This document shows, piece after piece, positions 9,544 through 20,664 of a stretch of 43,448 bases of DNA (positions are counted from its first letter, which is position 1; the number at the start of each line of letters is the position of its first letter). The position numbers were made by a program, and so were the translations under genes. Location of the stretch: sequence record SRR31156797_2522, one strand, 5' to 3'. Below the pieces are notes generated by a model. The model worked only from the letters and a program-made list of their open reading frames with translations. It searched no databases and was not told the origin of the DNA.

Positions 9544-11256
9544 TTACGCATTCAAACTGTGTTGATGTTCACTTATCAGCAGCGACATTTGCTCTTCTGC
9601 CCGCTCTTGTGCACTGGCAAAGCTTTCATTTTTAGCAAAGCTGCCGACCACTTCGTAGTAACACTTCAATTTTGGCTCCGTTCCTGATGGGCGGACGATC
9701 ACGCGTGCTCCACCTTCGAGGTGGTAGATCAATACATCACTGGCAGGTAAGTCGATTGAATCGACTTTTCCGCTGTCATGGTGCGTTTTGGTCGAGTGCT
9801 TGAGATCTTCTGTGACAGTAATGTGTTTACCGGCTATCACCTTCGGTGGATTTGCTCGTAACATTTCTCCGATGGGTGGAGAGTCAGGATTGAGAGCAAT
9901 ACTGCGCTGGGCATTGATATACATGCCATGCTGACGGTAGATCTCTTCGAGTTGATCCCAGATGGTTTTTCCTTGGCTGTATAGTTCGGCAGAAAGTTGG
10001 GCAAAAGCCACTAAAGCAGAAAGACCGTCTTTATCCCAAACTGTACTGCCAACTGTGTAACCAAGCGCTTCTTCGTAGGCGAACAAGAACTGATGATCGT
10101 CACTTTGCTCTTGCATTGCGATATTGGTTAGCCATTTAAAACCGGTAAGCGTTTGGTAGTATTTGGCTCCGTGTGCCGCCGCGACTTTACTCAGTAAACT
10201 GGAAGAGACGATGGTGTTACCAACCAGTTGCTTTTTGGCATCGGTTTTACTGAGTAAATAGTGCCCAAACAGCGTACCAACCTGATCACCGGTCAGCATT
10301 TGATATTCGCCGTCCGGTTTCCGAACGGCCACGGCGAAGCGGTCAGCATCCGGGTCATTGGCACAGGCAAGCTCAGCAGAGATAGAATCGGCGAGTTCAA
10401 TCACCATATCCATCGCGCCAGCTTCCTCTGGATTCGGGAAGTTAACCGTAGGGAATGTGCCATCGGGTTCTCTTTGCTCTTGGACGCTCATGACTTTTTT
10501 GAAACCAGAGTCACGCAACAGATCTTCCGCCATATTGGCACCTACACCATGCATAGCGGTATAGGCAATAGTGACCGCACTTGGGTCTGTGTGGTTGGAG
10601 AGTAACGGGGTGGCGTTAATTGAAGAGCGGTAGGTTTGGTAGTAATCATCACCTAACCAAACGAACAGGTTTTCACGCTCAGCTTCAGCAAGCGGCATCA
10701 AAGGGATAATGCGTGTGGCGGCAATATCGATTTCCGCGGCGATACCCGAATCGTGGGGCGGAATAATTTGCGCACCGTTTTCCCAATAAACTTTAAAGCC
10801 ATTGTATTCTGGTGGATTATGACTTGCGGTGACGACCACCGCTGCCGCTGCATTAAAATGTTTAACACCAAAAGCGACAATCGGGGTTGCCGCAACTTTG
10901 TGTGTTAAGTAGACCTTAATGCCAAGAGCGGTAAGTACGGAGGCCGTATCATGGGCAAATGATTTTGAATCTGTTCTGCCATCGTAGCCAATAACAACAC
11001 CACGCTGTTTAGCATTCTCGACTTGTTTCACTAGGTATTCACCCAGCCCTAGAGCGGTTTGTTGAATGACTAAACGGTTCATTCGGTTGGGCCCACATCC
11101 TACTTTGCCACGTAAACCTGCAGTGCCGAACTCTAATCTGGATTTGAAGCGATCTTCTAACTCATCGTAGTTTTTTTGGTCGATAAGAGACTGAAGTTCT
11201 TCACGGGTCTTTGGATCTGGGTCGGCTGTCAACCAATGTGTGACCTTTTCCATCAT
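9544..11256 (-). CDS. Phospho-sugar mutase (PGM/PMM family)
   Basis: FGTAGLRG, catalytic TASHNP, metal-binding DPDADR, YEEA, RPSGTEPKLKCY. Start placed at ATG 11256 after AAGGTGG; the ORF extends to GTG 11265. Confidence 0.95.
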   Translation of the reverse strand: MMEKVTHWLTADPDPKTREELQSLIDQKNYDELEDRFKSRLEFGTAGLRGKVGCGPNRMNRLVIQQTALGLGEYLVKQVENAKQRGVVIGYDGRTDSKSFAHDTASVLTALGIKVYLTHKVAATPIVAFGVKHFNAAAAVVVTASHNPPEYNGFKVYWENGAQIIPPHDSGIAAEIDIAATRIIPLMPLAEAERENLFVWLGDDYYQTYRSSINATPLLSNHTDPSAVTIAYTAMHGVGANMAEDLLRDSGFKKVMSVQEQREPDGTFPTVNFPNPEEAGAMDMVIELADSISAELACANDPDADRFAVAVRKPDGEYQMLTGDQVGTLFGHYLLSKTDAKKQLVGNTIVSSSLLSKVAAAHGAKYYQTLTGFKWLTNIAMQEQSDDHQFLFAYEEALGYTVGSTVWDKDGLSALVAFAQLSAELYSQGKTIWDQLEEIYRQHGMYINAQRSIALNPDSPPIGEMLRANPPKVIAGKHITVTEDLKHSTKTHHDSGKVDSIDLPASDVLIYHLEGGARVIVRPSGTEPKLKCYYEVVGSFAKNESFASAQERAEEQMSLLISEHQHSLNA

Positions 11257-11432
11257 GTTTGCCACCTTGTGTATTTATTTCGAATACGAAGAATAATTGA
11301 GTTTCATTCTCATTTGTGAGTGCGCAATCGCTAAACCTTACATTCAATTCTAGGACAGTTTTTACAGCAAACAGTTTTGTTTATTTCTTGAACAAAGCAA
11401 AAACTCTACTAGCCTTTAGATAATGTTGGAGA

Positions 11433-11456
11433 TAACAAAAATTTAACAAATATAAC
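11433..11456 (-). promoter_or_regulatory. Putative ArcA-binding site upstream of the cox operon
   Basis: Reverse strand reads GTTA-AATTTTT-GTTA (11433-11447) with a further GTTA repeat, matching the ArcA GTTA-N7-GTTA direct-repeat pattern; context is an aerobic oxidase. Confidence 0.55.
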
Positions 11457-11530
11457 AAATTATTCAAATTCGCTGTTTGTGGTGACTCTCGGTTTCAGGG
11501 GGAAGTGCAGCAAAGCAGAGGAGAGAAATC

Positions 11531-12685
11531 TTGAGACGATTTGTGATCTGCCTGTGGGGAATGTTCAGTTTTTCTGCACCGGTTTTTTCTGCTGAACGAG
11601 TATTAAACATGACACCCGGTGTCACCGAGATCAGTGGCCAAGTGTATCAGCTACACATGTTGATTTTCTATATCTGTGTTGCGATCGCTTTGGTGGTTTT
11701 TGGTGCCATGTTTTATGCCATTTTCAAACACCGCAAGTCGAAGGGAGCGGTCGCTGCGCATTTTCATGAAAGTACCAAAGTTGAAATTATCTGGACCGTT
11801 ATCCCTATCATTATTCTTGTCGCGATGGCGATTCCTGCGACGAAAACGCTGGTCGCGATGGAAGATACCTCTCAGTCTGACCTAACCATTAAGATCACAG
11901 GCTCACAGTGGAAATGGCATTACAGCTATTTCGAGCAAGATGTCGAATTCTTTAGCCTGCTGGCTACCTCGCAGAAGCAAATTGAAGGCGAAGAGGCAAA
12001 AGGCGCTCATTACTTACTTGAAGTTGACCAGCCACTGGTTCTACCCACGGAACGGAAAGTACGATTCCTGCTGACATCTGACGATGTTATCCACTCCTGG
12101 TGGGTTCCTGCGTTTGCGGTGAAAAAAGATACCATTCCGGGGTTTATTAATGAGGCCTGGACACGAATAGATGAACCCGGTGTTTATCGTGGTCAATGTG
12201 CGGAGTTGTGTGGTCGCGCTCATGGCTTTATGCCGATTGTAGTTCAGGCTATGGAGCCTGAAAAATACGACCAATGGTTAGCGGACAAGAAAGCAGAACT
12301 TGCGGCTGCCAAACAGGAAGCAGAACAAGCGTTGCAAAGCTCAATGTCTTTGGATGACCTGATGGTAATGGGGGAGAAAGTGTATCTGGATCGTTGTGCG
12401 GTGTGTCACCAACCGACAGGTCTGGGGATTCCCGGTGCGTTCCCTGCTATCAAAGGCAGCCCAATCGCGACAGGGGATATGACCGAGCACCTTTCCGTCG
12501 TGGTTAATGGCCGTTCGGGTACTGCGATGCAGGCTTTTGGAAATCAGTTAAGTGATCAGGAGTTGGCGGCAGTGATCAGCTATCAACGTAATGCTTGGGG
12601 CAATGACACGGGTGATGCTGTGCAAGCATCCGATATTCATGCATTCAAATCGCAAAGCTCAGAGAAGAGTGAGGGGGGACAATGA
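11531..12685 (+). CDS. coxB: Cytochrome c oxidase subunit II with fused C-terminal cytochrome c
   Basis: QWKWHYSY, CuA ligands DVIHSW...[12 protein letters not shown], heme c motif CAVCH; TTG start with GAGGAG. Confidence 0.96.
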   Translation: MRRFVICLWGMFSFSAPVFSAERVLNMTPGVTEISGQVYQLHMLIFYICVAIALVVFGAMFYAIFKHRKSKGAVAAHFHESTKVEIIWTVIPIIILVAMAIPATKTLVAMEDTSQSDLTIKITGSQWKWHYSYFEQDVEFFSLLATSQKQIEGEEAKGAHYLLEVDQPLVLPTERKVRFLLTSDDVIHSWWVPAFAVKKDTIPGFINEAWTRIDEPGVYRGQCAELCGRAHGFMPIVVQAMEPEKYDQWLADKKAELAAAKQEAEQALQSSMSLDDLMVMGEKVYLDRCAVCHQPTGLGIPGAFPAIKGSPIATGDMTEHLSVVVNGRSGTAMQAFGNQLSDQELAAVISYQRNAWGNDTGDAVQASDIHAFKSQSSEKSEGGQ

Positions 12686-14325
12686 AATCGTCCGATATTG
12701 ATACAGTAAAATCAGCCCCAATGGCAGATGCGGATATTACTAATCCAGAGTCACATTCTGGAGACGCTGAACATGAGCATCATGCGCCCAAAGGCATTGC
12801 GAGATGGATTTATTCCACTAACCATAAAGATATCGGGACTTTGTATTTGTGGTTTAGCTTCAGCATGTTCTTGATCGGTGGAGCGATGGCGATGGTCATT
12901 CGCGCTGAGTTGTTCCAGCCGGGTTTGCAATTAATCGAGCCTGAGTTCTTCAATCAGATGACCACGGTTCATGGTTTGATTATGGTATTTGGTGCTGTAA
13001 TGCCCGCGTTTACCGGATTAGCGAACTGGATGGTGCCATTAATGATTGGTGCGCCGGACATGGCACTACCACGGATGAATAACCTCAGCTTTTGGATTCT
13101 TCCGTTTGCGTTTTTAATTCTGCTTGCTTCACTGTTTACCGAAGGTGGCGGTCCTAACTTTGGTTGGACTTTCTATGCGCCGCTTTCAACGACCTATGGC
13201 CCAGACAGTACTGCTCTGTTTGTCTTCTCTGTGCATATTATGGGGATCAGTTCGATCATGGGGGCGATCAACGTGATTGTAACTATCGTCAATATGCGCG
13301 CACCGGGGATGACTTGGTTTAAGTTACCCTTGTTTGTTTGGACCTGGTTGATTACGGCGTTCCTGTTGATCGCAGTGATGCCTGTGCTTGCCGGAGCGGT
13401 CACCATGGTGCTGACCGATAAATACTTTGGCACCAGTTTCTTTGATGCTGCTGGTGGTGGTGATCCTGTGATGTTCCAGCACATTTTCTGGTTCTTCGGT
13501 CACCCTGAAGTTTACATCATGATCTTGCCTTCGTTCGGTATTATCTCAGCGATAGTCCCAGCGTTCAGTGGCAAGAAATTGTTTGGTTATCACTCGATGG
13601 TCTACGCAACCAGCAGTATCGCATTGCTTTCGTTTTTGGTCTGGGCTCACCATATGTTCACGACTGGGATGCCAGTGTTTGCCGAGCTGTTCTTTATGTA
13701 TTGCACCATGCTTATCGCGGTGCCGACTGGGGTGAAAGTCTTTAACTGGGTGGCCACCATGTGGCGGGGTTCACTAACTTTTGAAACCCCAATGTTGTTT
13801 GCGATTGCCTTTATTGTGTTGTTCACCATTGGTGGTTTTTCCGGGTTGATGTTAGCTATTGTGCCCGCTGATTTTCAGTATCACGATACCTATTTTGTGG
13901 TGGCGCATTTCCATTATGTTCTGGTCTCGGGCGCGGTGTTCTCCATTATGGCGGCGGCTTATTACTGGCTTCCGAAATGGACTGGGCACATGTATGACGA
14001 ACGGCTCAGCTTATGGCATTTCTGGTGTTCGGTTATTTCTGTCAATGTTCTGTTTTTCCCAATGCACTTCTTAGGATTAGCGGGCATGCCAAGGCGGATT
14101 CCTGATTACGCGATTCAGTTTGCTGATGTTAACCAGATAGTGTCTATCGGCGGCTTTGCGTTTGGTTTATCGCAGTTAATCTTCCTATGGTTGGTGATCA
14201 AATGTGTCCGCGGCGGAAAACCGGCTCCAGCTAAGCCTTGGGAAAGAGCAGAAGGTTTAGAATGGACGGTGCCAAGTCCCGCACCACACCATACATTTTC
14301 TACACCACCTAAAGTGGAAGATTAG
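12682..14325 (+). CDS. ctaD: Cytochrome c oxidase subunit I (A1-type)
   Basis: [30 protein letters not shown]. Confidence 0.97.
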   Translation: MKSSDIDTVKSAPMADADITNPESHSGDAEHEHHAPKGIARWIYSTNHKDIGTLYLWFSFSMFLIGGAMAMVIRAELFQPGLQLIEPEFFNQMTTVHGLIMVFGAVMPAFTGLANWMVPLMIGAPDMALPRMNNLSFWILPFAFLILLASLFTEGGGPNFGWTFYAPLSTTYGPDSTALFVFSVHIMGISSIMGAINVIVTIVNMRAPGMTWFKLPLFVWTWLITAFLLIAVMPVLAGAVTMVLTDKYFGTSFFDAAGGGDPVMFQHIFWFFGHPEVYIMILPSFGIISAIVPAFSGKKLFGYHSMVYATSSIALLSFLVWAHHMFTTGMPVFAELFFMYCTMLIAVPTGVKVFNWVATMWRGSLTFETPMLFAIAFIVLFTIGGFSGLMLAIVPADFQYHDTYFVVAHFHYVLVSGAVFSIMAAAYYWLPKWTGHMYDERLSLWHFWCSVISVNVLFFPMHFLGLAGMPRRIPDYAIQFADVNQIVSIGGFAFGLSQLIFLWLVIKCVRGGKPAPAKPWERAEGLEWTVPSPAPHHTFSTPPKVED

Positions 14326-14334
14326 GGGCATGAA

Positions 14335-14943
14335 ATGGACAGTGAACTTAAAAATAAGAATCGCCAACTGATTACCAAACTGCTGATCGGCACGGTTTTG
14401 ATGTTTGGTTTTGGCTTTGCTTTAGTGCCATTGTATGACGTGATGTGTAAGGCGTTAGGGATTAATGGCAAAACCAATGAAGTTGCCGCGATTCAGCCAG
14501 CTACAATGCAGATTGATGAATCCCGCACGATTCGGGTTCAGTTTATGGCACACGTTAGTAATGATATGCCGTGGAAGTTTGCTCCTGCAATATCGCACAT
14601 GGACGTGCACCCCGGGCAGGTGATCCAAACGGTATTTGTGGCCAATAATCTTTCCGGTGATGAGTTGGTTGGTCAGGCAGTACCTTCTGTGTCACCGGGG
14701 CAGGGAGCAACCTACTTCAATAAAATAGAGTGTTTTTGTTTCAATCAACAACCGCTTTCCGCGAGAGCGGATGCAGAAATGCCACTGATTTTCTACATCG
14801 AGCCGGACATTCCTGATTCCATTCATACTCTGACGCTCTCATACACGCTGTACAACATTACTGAAAAAGCCGCCCCTCAACTGGTCAAAACGAAGCAAAG
14901 TACACCAGTGACCGATGGCCATACTCAAGGAGCCAATCTATGA
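14335..14943 (+). CDS. ctaG: Cytochrome c oxidase assembly protein CtaG/Cox11
   Basis: FALVPLYDVMC TM anchor; YFNKIECFCF copper motif. Confidence 0.95.
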   Translation: MDSELKNKNRQLITKLLIGTVLMFGFGFALVPLYDVMCKALGINGKTNEVAAIQPATMQIDESRTIRVQFMAHVSNDMPWKFAPAISHMDVHPGQVIQTVFVANNLSGDELVGQAVPSVSPGQGATYFNKIECFCFNQQPLSARADAEMPLIFYIEPDIPDSIHTLTLSYTLYNITEKAAPQLVKTKQSTPVTDGHTQGANL

Positions 14944-15824
14944 GTACCAAACACGATTCTTACTATGTTCCAGCCCAAAGTCGCTGGCCGATTGTCGGTG
15001 CGGTGGCACTGTTTCTAGTGGCGGTGGGCGCCGGCTTAACTGTCCAGCATGTTGGAACGGGGGGCGCTGGAGGCATTGTTGGTAAAGTGATTCTGTTTTG
15101 TGGCTTTGCTGTTTTGCTGTATATGCTGGCAGGCTGGTTCAGTAATGTGATTGGTGAGTCGCTGGCTGGCTTATATTCCAAGCAGATTGCACGTTCATTT
15201 CGTCAGGGAATGAGCTGGTTTATCTTCTCTGAAGTGATGTTTTTCGGCGCATTTTTTGGCGCTCTGTTTTATGCGCGAATGGTCTCTGTTCCCTGGCTAG
15301 GTGGTGCCAGCAATAATGTGATGACTGGTGAAATACTTTGGCCGGGTTTTGAAGCGATTTGGCCGTTGCTTACCACGCCTGCGGGGGAAAGTGTCCAGGC
15401 CATGCCTTGGCAGGGCATACCACTTAAGAACACCATCATTCTTTTAATGTCTTCAATTACCTTGCATATGGCTCACTTAAGCCTTGAGAAAAACCAACGC
15501 ATGGCGCTCATCGTATGGCTGGAAATTACCATCGTTTTGGCCGGTTTCTTCTTGTATTTCCAAGGGGTGGAATACGCTCATGCTTATCACGAACTGGGGC
15601 TAACGCTTCAGTCGGGTGTGTATGGCAATACCTTCTTTATGCTGACGGGCTTTCACGGTCTGCATGTCTGTCTCGGTACTTTGTTTTTAGTGGTGTTGCT
15701 TGGTCGCATTGCGAAGGACCATTTTACACCCAAAGATCATTTCGCATTCCAGGCTGGGAGTTGGTACTGGCACTTTGTGGATGTGGTTTGGTTATGTCTG
15801 TTTGTTTTCGTGTATGTGTTGTAA
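14940..15824 (+). CDS. coxC: Cytochrome c oxidase subunit III
   Basis: FIFSEVMFF, TGFHGLHV, WYWHFVDVVW. Confidence 0.96.
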   Translation: MSTKHDSYYVPAQSRWPIVGAVALFLVAVGAGLTVQHVGTGGAGGIVGKVILFCGFAVLLYMLAGWFSNVIGESLAGLYSKQIARSFRQGMSWFIFSEVMFFGAFFGALFYARMVSVPWLGGASNNVMTGEILWPGFEAIWPLLTTPAGESVQAMPWQGIPLKNTIILLMSSITLHMAHLSLEKNQRMALIVWLEITIVLAGFFLYFQGVEYAHAYHELGLTLQSGVYGNTFFMLTGFHGLHVCLGTLFLVVLLGRIAKDHFTPKDHFAFQAGSWYWHFVDVVWLCLFVFVYVL

Positions 15825-15850
15825 AGCAAAATACAACAAGGCTTAACGTT

Positions 15851-16072
15851 TTAATAAGGTGCATGGTTGGGGTGAAGCCAGCCACTGAGGAGAGCAAAAA
15901 TGAGCAGGATCACCACAAAGGCTGAAAACATCAGACGCCGGCCCAAGTAATAACTCATTGGACGCTCATCGTCCTCGGGTTCTCGAACCATTTGGATTAA
16001 GGCGCGAGCAAGGTTGAATATGATAAACAGCAGAAACAAAACCAAAATGATTTTTACAATGAGTGGCAGCAT
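15851..16072 (-). CDS. DUF2909 family small two-TM protein, antisense within the cox cluster
   Basis: Two hydrophobic helices and C-terminal GWLHPNH; SD GAGGA upstream; typical position between coxC and surf1. Confidence 0.85.
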   Translation of the reverse strand: MLPLIVKIILVLFLLFIIFNLARALIQMVREPEDDERPMSYYLGRRLMFSAFVVILLIFALLSGWLHPNHAPY

Positions 16073-16838
16073 GTCTGATCCTCAAGGCAATAACGCTTCT
16101 TCAAATGATGAGGCGGTAAATAACGTGTTGTCGTTAAAAGTAATTTTAGGTGCTGTTTTAACTGTGGTTGTATTTGTTGTTTTGGTCAACTTAGGTTTGT
16201 GGCAGTTGTCGCGCGGTGAAGAGAAACAGGCGTCAGAGCAAGAACTCGAGCTTAGGCACACTATGGCTCCGATCAGTTTAGGCGCAGTGTTAGAAAAATA
16301 CTCAATCGAACAGATGACAGGGTTGAGGGTGAAGGTAGAACTATCGCCGAGTGACAACATGACGTTTCTTCTCGACAATCAAACTCATCAAGGAAAAGTC
16401 GGCTACTTGGCCTACCAATTGATGCGAGAACAGCACGGGTATTGGGTACTGCTTGAGCGCGGTTTTGTGCCTGCGCCCAGTGAGAGAAGCGAGTTACCAC
16501 AAGTGGATTGGTTGAGCTCATCTCAGGTGCTTGTCGGTCGGCTGTATCAAAAGTCGCTCAATCCGCTGAGTTCCGATTTGAGTATTGAGCCTCAAACTCC
16601 TCATCGGATACAAAATCTCAATTTGACTCAGTTATCCCAATGGTTGGGAGAGCCTATATTACCCATGATATTTCAGCCGCAACAAGAGAGCTGGCCGTAT
16701 CCGCAGCCTTGGGAACCTTTTCCACTCAGTGCTGAAAAACATTTTGGCTATGCGGTGCAGTGGTTTGCTATGGCGACTGTGCTGCTGGTTATAGCACTGA
16801 CCTTATGTGTAAGGCTGCTAAAAGCAAGGAGGTTATGA
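16071..16838 (+). CDS. SURF1 family cytochrome oxidase biogenesis protein
   Basis: LGLWQLSR, LLDNQ, LERGFV, KHFGYAVQWF. Start uncertain (ATG 16071 or GTG 16125). Confidence 0.92.
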   Translation: MSDPQGNNASSNDEAVNNVLSLKVILGAVLTVVVFVVLVNLGLWQLSRGEEKQASEQELELRHTMAPISLGAVLEKYSIEQMTGLRVKVELSPSDNMTFLLDNQTHQGKVGYLAYQLMREQHGYWVLLERGFVPAPSERSELPQVDWLSSSQVLVGRLYQKSLNPLSSDLSIEPQTPHRIQNLNLTQLSQWLGEPILPMIFQPQQESWPYPQPWEPFPLSAEKHFGYAVQWFAMATVLLVIALTLCVRLLKARRL

Positions 16839-17380
16839 TGAGTTCACAGACCAAAGGACGCTTAATTCTGGTTGCTATTGTTCTGATGTTTGCTTTTCCA
16901 GCGGTGATAGCAAAAACCGTGCTAAGTAATCATTGGTATCAGTCTGGTGTTACCAACAAAGGCATTTTGGTCGAGCCAAGAGTGACCTTGAACTCGCTCG
17001 GAATCGACACCTCTGCCCAAAGCAAGCTATGGCGCGTTGGGTATGTGGTTCCTGATAAGTGTGATCAACTTTGCCAGCAACACATACATATGCTGATGCA
17101 GAGCCATACCGCTTTGGGTAAAGAGCAGGGAAGAGTGGCCCCAATCCTGCTGGTGAATGATACCAGTGATATTGCTAGCCTGGCTCAGCAGGAAGTAGAA
17201 ATTATGCCGATTAACCAAGCATTTATCTCGGTTATAGAGAGCTCAGAAATCGTCATTCTTGATCCGTTAGGTCAGCTCGTGATGCATTACCCCAAATCGG
17301 ACGCTTCTCAGTTGGTTGTTCAAAGTAAGAGTGTTCTGGCTGATTTACGTAAGTTACTTAAACTGTCCCGAGTCGGGTAA
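16835..17380 (+). CDS. Membrane-anchored cox-cluster protein with CxxxC (Sco/thioredoxin-like)
   Basis: SD AAGGAGG, ATGA overlap with the SURF1 stop, N-terminal TM helix, CDQLC, ILDPLGQLVMHY, DLRKLLK. Confidence 0.8.
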   Translation: MMSSQTKGRLILVAIVLMFAFPAVIAKTVLSNHWYQSGVTNKGILVEPRVTLNSLGIDTSAQSKLWRVGYVVPDKCDQLCQQHIHMLMQSHTALGKEQGRVAPILLVNDTSDIASLAQQEVEIMPINQAFISVIESSEIVILDPLGQLVMHYPKSDASQLVVQSKSVLADLRKLLKLSRVG

Positions 17381-17386
17381 GGGGGC

Positions 17387-18451
17387 GTGATGAAGGGAGC
17401 CAACTTAGGATTAACTCGACTGGTTAAACTTGCACTGGTTTTGACGTTAACGGTGATTGCGCTTGGCGCATATACTCGGCTATCTGACGCCGGTTTAGGT
17501 TGTCCCGATTGGCCTGGTTGCTATGGTCACCTCACTGTGCCGCAGTCTTCCGCTGCGCTTGAAAAGGCCGAATTCCTATACCCTCATCTGGACGTAGAAC
17601 CTCATAAAGCGTGGCCGGAAATGATCCACCGTTATTTTGCTGGCTCGTTGGGAATGGTGGTGTTTTTAATTACTTTTTTGTGCCTGAAATCGCGCGCAGT
17701 TTCGATAGTACTGCCTTTAATGATATCTGGCGTGGTGATCTTTCAAGCCTTACTGGGCATGTGGACAGTGACCTTAATGCTATTACCTATTGTGGTGATG
17801 GGCCACCTTCTTGGTGGTTTTACGTTGTTAAGTTGTTTATGGCTGCTGCTATGGCAGTTGCAGTCAACTCAAATGCCAATAGCCCATAATAAAAGTTCAA
17901 ACGTGCTTAAAGCCAGCGCGTTTTTCGTCATGGTGGTGGTTATTTTTCAGATTATGTTGGGCGGCTGGACGTCATCCAACTACGCCGCATTGATGTGCAG
18001 TAGCTTACCTATTTGCGAGGGGGACTGGTCGTCATATCTGGATTTTAAAACGGCTTTTACTGTTATTCATCATGGGCATGACACCTATGAATTTGGTGTG
18101 CTCGAGTACGGCCCGAGACTGACAATACATATATCCCATAGGTTCGGTGCCATCTTTGCCATTCTTGCAGTATCACTGTTGGCGTTTCAGCTATGGAGAA
18201 AAGAGGTGTTTTCGTTAACGAAAATGTTGCTGGGAGCTTTGTCTGTTCAAGTTTTACTGGGCATCAGTAATGTGGTGTTCAACTTACCTTTGACCATTGC
18301 TGTTCTGCATAACTTAGGCGCAGCACTATTGATGATAGCTGTGCTCAAATGCAATTACCTGTTATGGCGAAATCCATCAGAAGCATTGCAATCGTCACCG
18401 ACGATAACAGTCAATCAAGGTCTCACGACAAGGAGTGTATCGCATGAGTAA
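17387..18451 (+). CDS. ctaA: Heme A synthase (COX15/CtaA)
   Basis: [17 protein letters not shown], conserved His residues in TM helices. Confidence 0.94.
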   Translation: MMKGANLGLTRLVKLALVLTLTVIALGAYTRLSDAGLGCPDWPGCYGHLTVPQSSAALEKAEFLYPHLDVEPHKAWPEMIHRYFAGSLGMVVFLITFLCLKSRAVSIVLPLMISGVVIFQALLGMWTVTLMLLPIVVMGHLLGGFTLLSCLWLLLWQLQSTQMPIAHNKSSNVLKASAFFVMVVVIFQIMLGGWTSSNYAALMCSSLPICEGDWSSYLDFKTAFTVIHHGHDTYEFGVLEYGPRLTIHISHRFGAIFAILAVSLLAFQLWRKEVFSLTKMLLGALSVQVLLGISNVVFNLPLTIAVLHNLGAALLMIAVLKCNYLLWRNPSEALQSSPTITVNQGLTTRSVSHE

Positions 18452-19349
18452 ATCGCTATCGGTTTCATCTGGTTTAATCGCAACGCCTTCTCGTTGGAAA
18501 GTCTATTGGACGCTGACTAAGCCTAAAGTCGTTGCATTGATGCTGTTAACGGCGTTGGTCGGTATGTGTTTGTCACAGCAAGGTACGTTACCTCTGGGAG
18601 CCGTTATCCTTGGTTTAATAGGTATTGGTTTAATGGCGGGGTCTGCCGCTGCATTTAACCATCTTATCGATCGAAGAATTGATGGGATTATGGCGAGGAC
18701 TTATCGCCGTCCTTTGCCTTCTGGAGAGGTTAAGGCCTACAAAGTATTTGCTTTTGCCACTGTAATAGGCGTTTTAGGGTTCGCAGTTTTATACATAGGG
18801 GTGAATGCACTTACTGCATGGTTAACTTTTGCTAGCCTATTGGGTTATGCCTTGGTGTATACCGTCTATTTGAAACGTGCAACACCACAAAACATCGTGA
18901 TCGCGGGTTTAGCGGGAGCAATGCCACCATTACTTGGGTGGACCGCCGTAACCAATGAGTTACATGGTCATGCCTGGTTACTGGTGATGATTATCTTTAT
19001 TTGGACACCGCCGCATTTCTGGGCTTTAGCCATTCACCGCAAAGAAGACTATGCCAAAGCAGACATTCCAATGCTGCCCGTCACTCATGGCATTGACTAT
19101 ACAAAAACATCTATTTTACTTTATACCTTGCTGTTAGCTGTTGTGTGTTTGTTGCCTGTGTTGGTAGGCATGAGCGGACTACTCTATTTCATAGCATCCA
19201 GTATATTGAGTGCCGGCTTTATCTATTCGGCTTGGTTACTCAAGTATCGTTCACAACCTTCTTCAGCAATAAGTACCTTCAAATTTTCGATTTATCATTT
19301 GATGGCCTTATTCTGTGCGCTTTTGCTCGATCACTATTACCCATTTTAA
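18444..19349 (+). CDS. cyoE: Heme o synthase (protoheme IX farnesyltransferase)
   Basis: [35 protein letters not shown] 18444 after AGGAG. Confidence 0.95.
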   Translation: MSKSLSVSSGLIATPSRWKVYWTLTKPKVVALMLLTALVGMCLSQQGTLPLGAVILGLIGIGLMAGSAAAFNHLIDRRIDGIMARTYRRPLPSGEVKAYKVFAFATVIGVLGFAVLYIGVNALTAWLTFASLLGYALVYTVYLKRATPQNIVIAGLAGAMPPLLGWTAVTNELHGHAWLLVMIIFIWTPPHFWALAIHRKEDYAKADIPMLPVTHGIDYTKTSILLYTLLLAVVCLLPVLVGMSGLLYFIASSILSAGFIYSAWLLKYRSQPSSAISTFKFSIYHLMALFCALLLDHYYPF

Positions 19350-19410
19350 TCACAGCAATTTCCCCGGTTTTGAATGACTGGGGCTTCAAACTAATGAGTT
19401 AAAACTTTTA

Positions 19411-20469
19411 TCAACCTTCACCACATAATGTTTGCTTGGAAGGCGTTAGTCCAGTTTGAACAATGGCTTGTTCCCACCACTTTGTTGAGCAGTATGCGAC
19501 GCCAATTTCCATTCGTTCACCAATTTTAGGTGTAGCGATGGTGACGCCTAACGATCTAGCGATGTTGGTGACTTTATCGAGTGGTTCAAACCAGCGGTGC
19601 ATGGATAAGTCGAAGGTACTATTGTGAATTGGCATCATGACTTTACCTTGCAAATCTAAATGGGCCTGAACGCTTTGACGCGGGAACATGTGCACTTCAG
19701 CCCAAAGCTTGTTGTATGCACCCGTTTCAATCATGGTGAGATCAAACGGACCATAACGTTGGCCAATTTCTTTAAAACCACTGAAGTAACCTGAGTCACC
19801 GCTAAAGAAGAGTGATTTGTCGCCACCGCGAATTACCCAGCTTCCCCAAAGCGTATTGTTACGATCGGTCAGGCCACGACCAGAGAAATGCTGGGTGGGG
19901 GTAAAGATAAACTCGATACTGTTGCGCTCAGCACTTTCCCACCACTTAAGCTCTTGAATCTTCTCCTCAGCGATGCCCCATTTTACTAATAGTTCACCCA
20001 CCTTCATTGGGACCAGGAAGTGATTCACTTTGTCAGCCAGTTTTTTTACTGCCGCTTTATCAAGGTGGTCGTAATGATCGTGGCTGATCAGTACGATATC
20101 AATGGTCGGTAGCTCACTGATTGATACCGGCGGCTGATGAAAACGTTTAGGCCCCGCCCACTGTATCGGAGAGGCGCGGTCGCTAAATACTGGGTCGGTC
20201 AGGATCCACTGGTTATCCAGTTTCATCAAAATGGAAGAGTGGCCTAATCGATAAACCACATCCGCACGTTCTTCTTCTAGCTGATCACGACTGATAGATT
20301 GAATCGGAATGGGCTTTTTGGGCGTCGCTTCCGGCTTTTTTTCTGTTAGGTAGGCCCACGAAATAGCTAAGAAATCACGAATGTTATTTTTGTTGTCCAC
20401 CTCGTGGTTAGCGAACTTACCGTCAAGTGTCAAAGTGTCGGTAACTGAATTGTTCTCAACTGTATTCAT
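19411..20469 (-). CDS. MBL-fold metallo-hydrolase (RomA/NAPE-PLD-like)
   Basis: LGHS, TDPVFS, SHDHYDH, QHFSGR, SGDSGY. ATG 20469 after AGGAG. Confidence 0.92.
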   Translation of the reverse strand: MNTVENNSVTDTLTLDGKFANHEVDNKNNIRDFLAISWAYLTEKKPEATPKKPIPIQSISRDQLEEERADVVYRLGHSSILMKLDNQWILTDPVFSDRASPIQWAGPKRFHQPPVSISELPTIDIVLISHDHYDHLDKAAVKKLADKVNHFLVPMKVGELLVKWGIAEEKIQELKWWESAERNSIEFIFTPTQHFSGRGLTDRNNTLWGSWVIRGGDKSLFFSGDSGYFSGFKEIGQRYGPFDLTMIETGAYNKLWAEVHMFPRQSVQAHLDLQGKVMMPIHNSTFDLSMHRWFEPLDKVTNIARSLGVTIATPKIGERMEIGVAYCSTKWWEQAIVQTGLTPSKQTLCGEG

Positions 20470-20564
20470 TGTATTCTCCTGTAGCAAAGTGAGATAACGC
20501 TTTACTTTCAAGCTCTATGATCCGGTAATTAGATGAAACGTTTGTGACGGTTATTAGAACTTTT

Positions 20565-20623
20565 AAAGTAAACTATACAGTGTAGTTTACATGTATTTAG
20601 TGAAAAGTAAACTGAGTAGTGTA
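20565..20623. promoter_or_regulatory. Paired putative TetR operators
   Basis: Near-perfect palindrome GTAAACTATAC-A-GTGTAGTTTAC (20568-20590); AAAGTAAACT-N4-AGTGTA occurs twice, 39 bp apart, between the divergent genes. Confidence 0.75.
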
Positions 20624-20664
20624 ATATTGTAGTCAGATTTTGTTTCTGAAAATGTAAGAACCTA

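Noticed and set aside
11296-11316. Fur-like sequence between the phosphomutase and cox genes
   Set aside because: Only one good half-site in AT-rich DNA.
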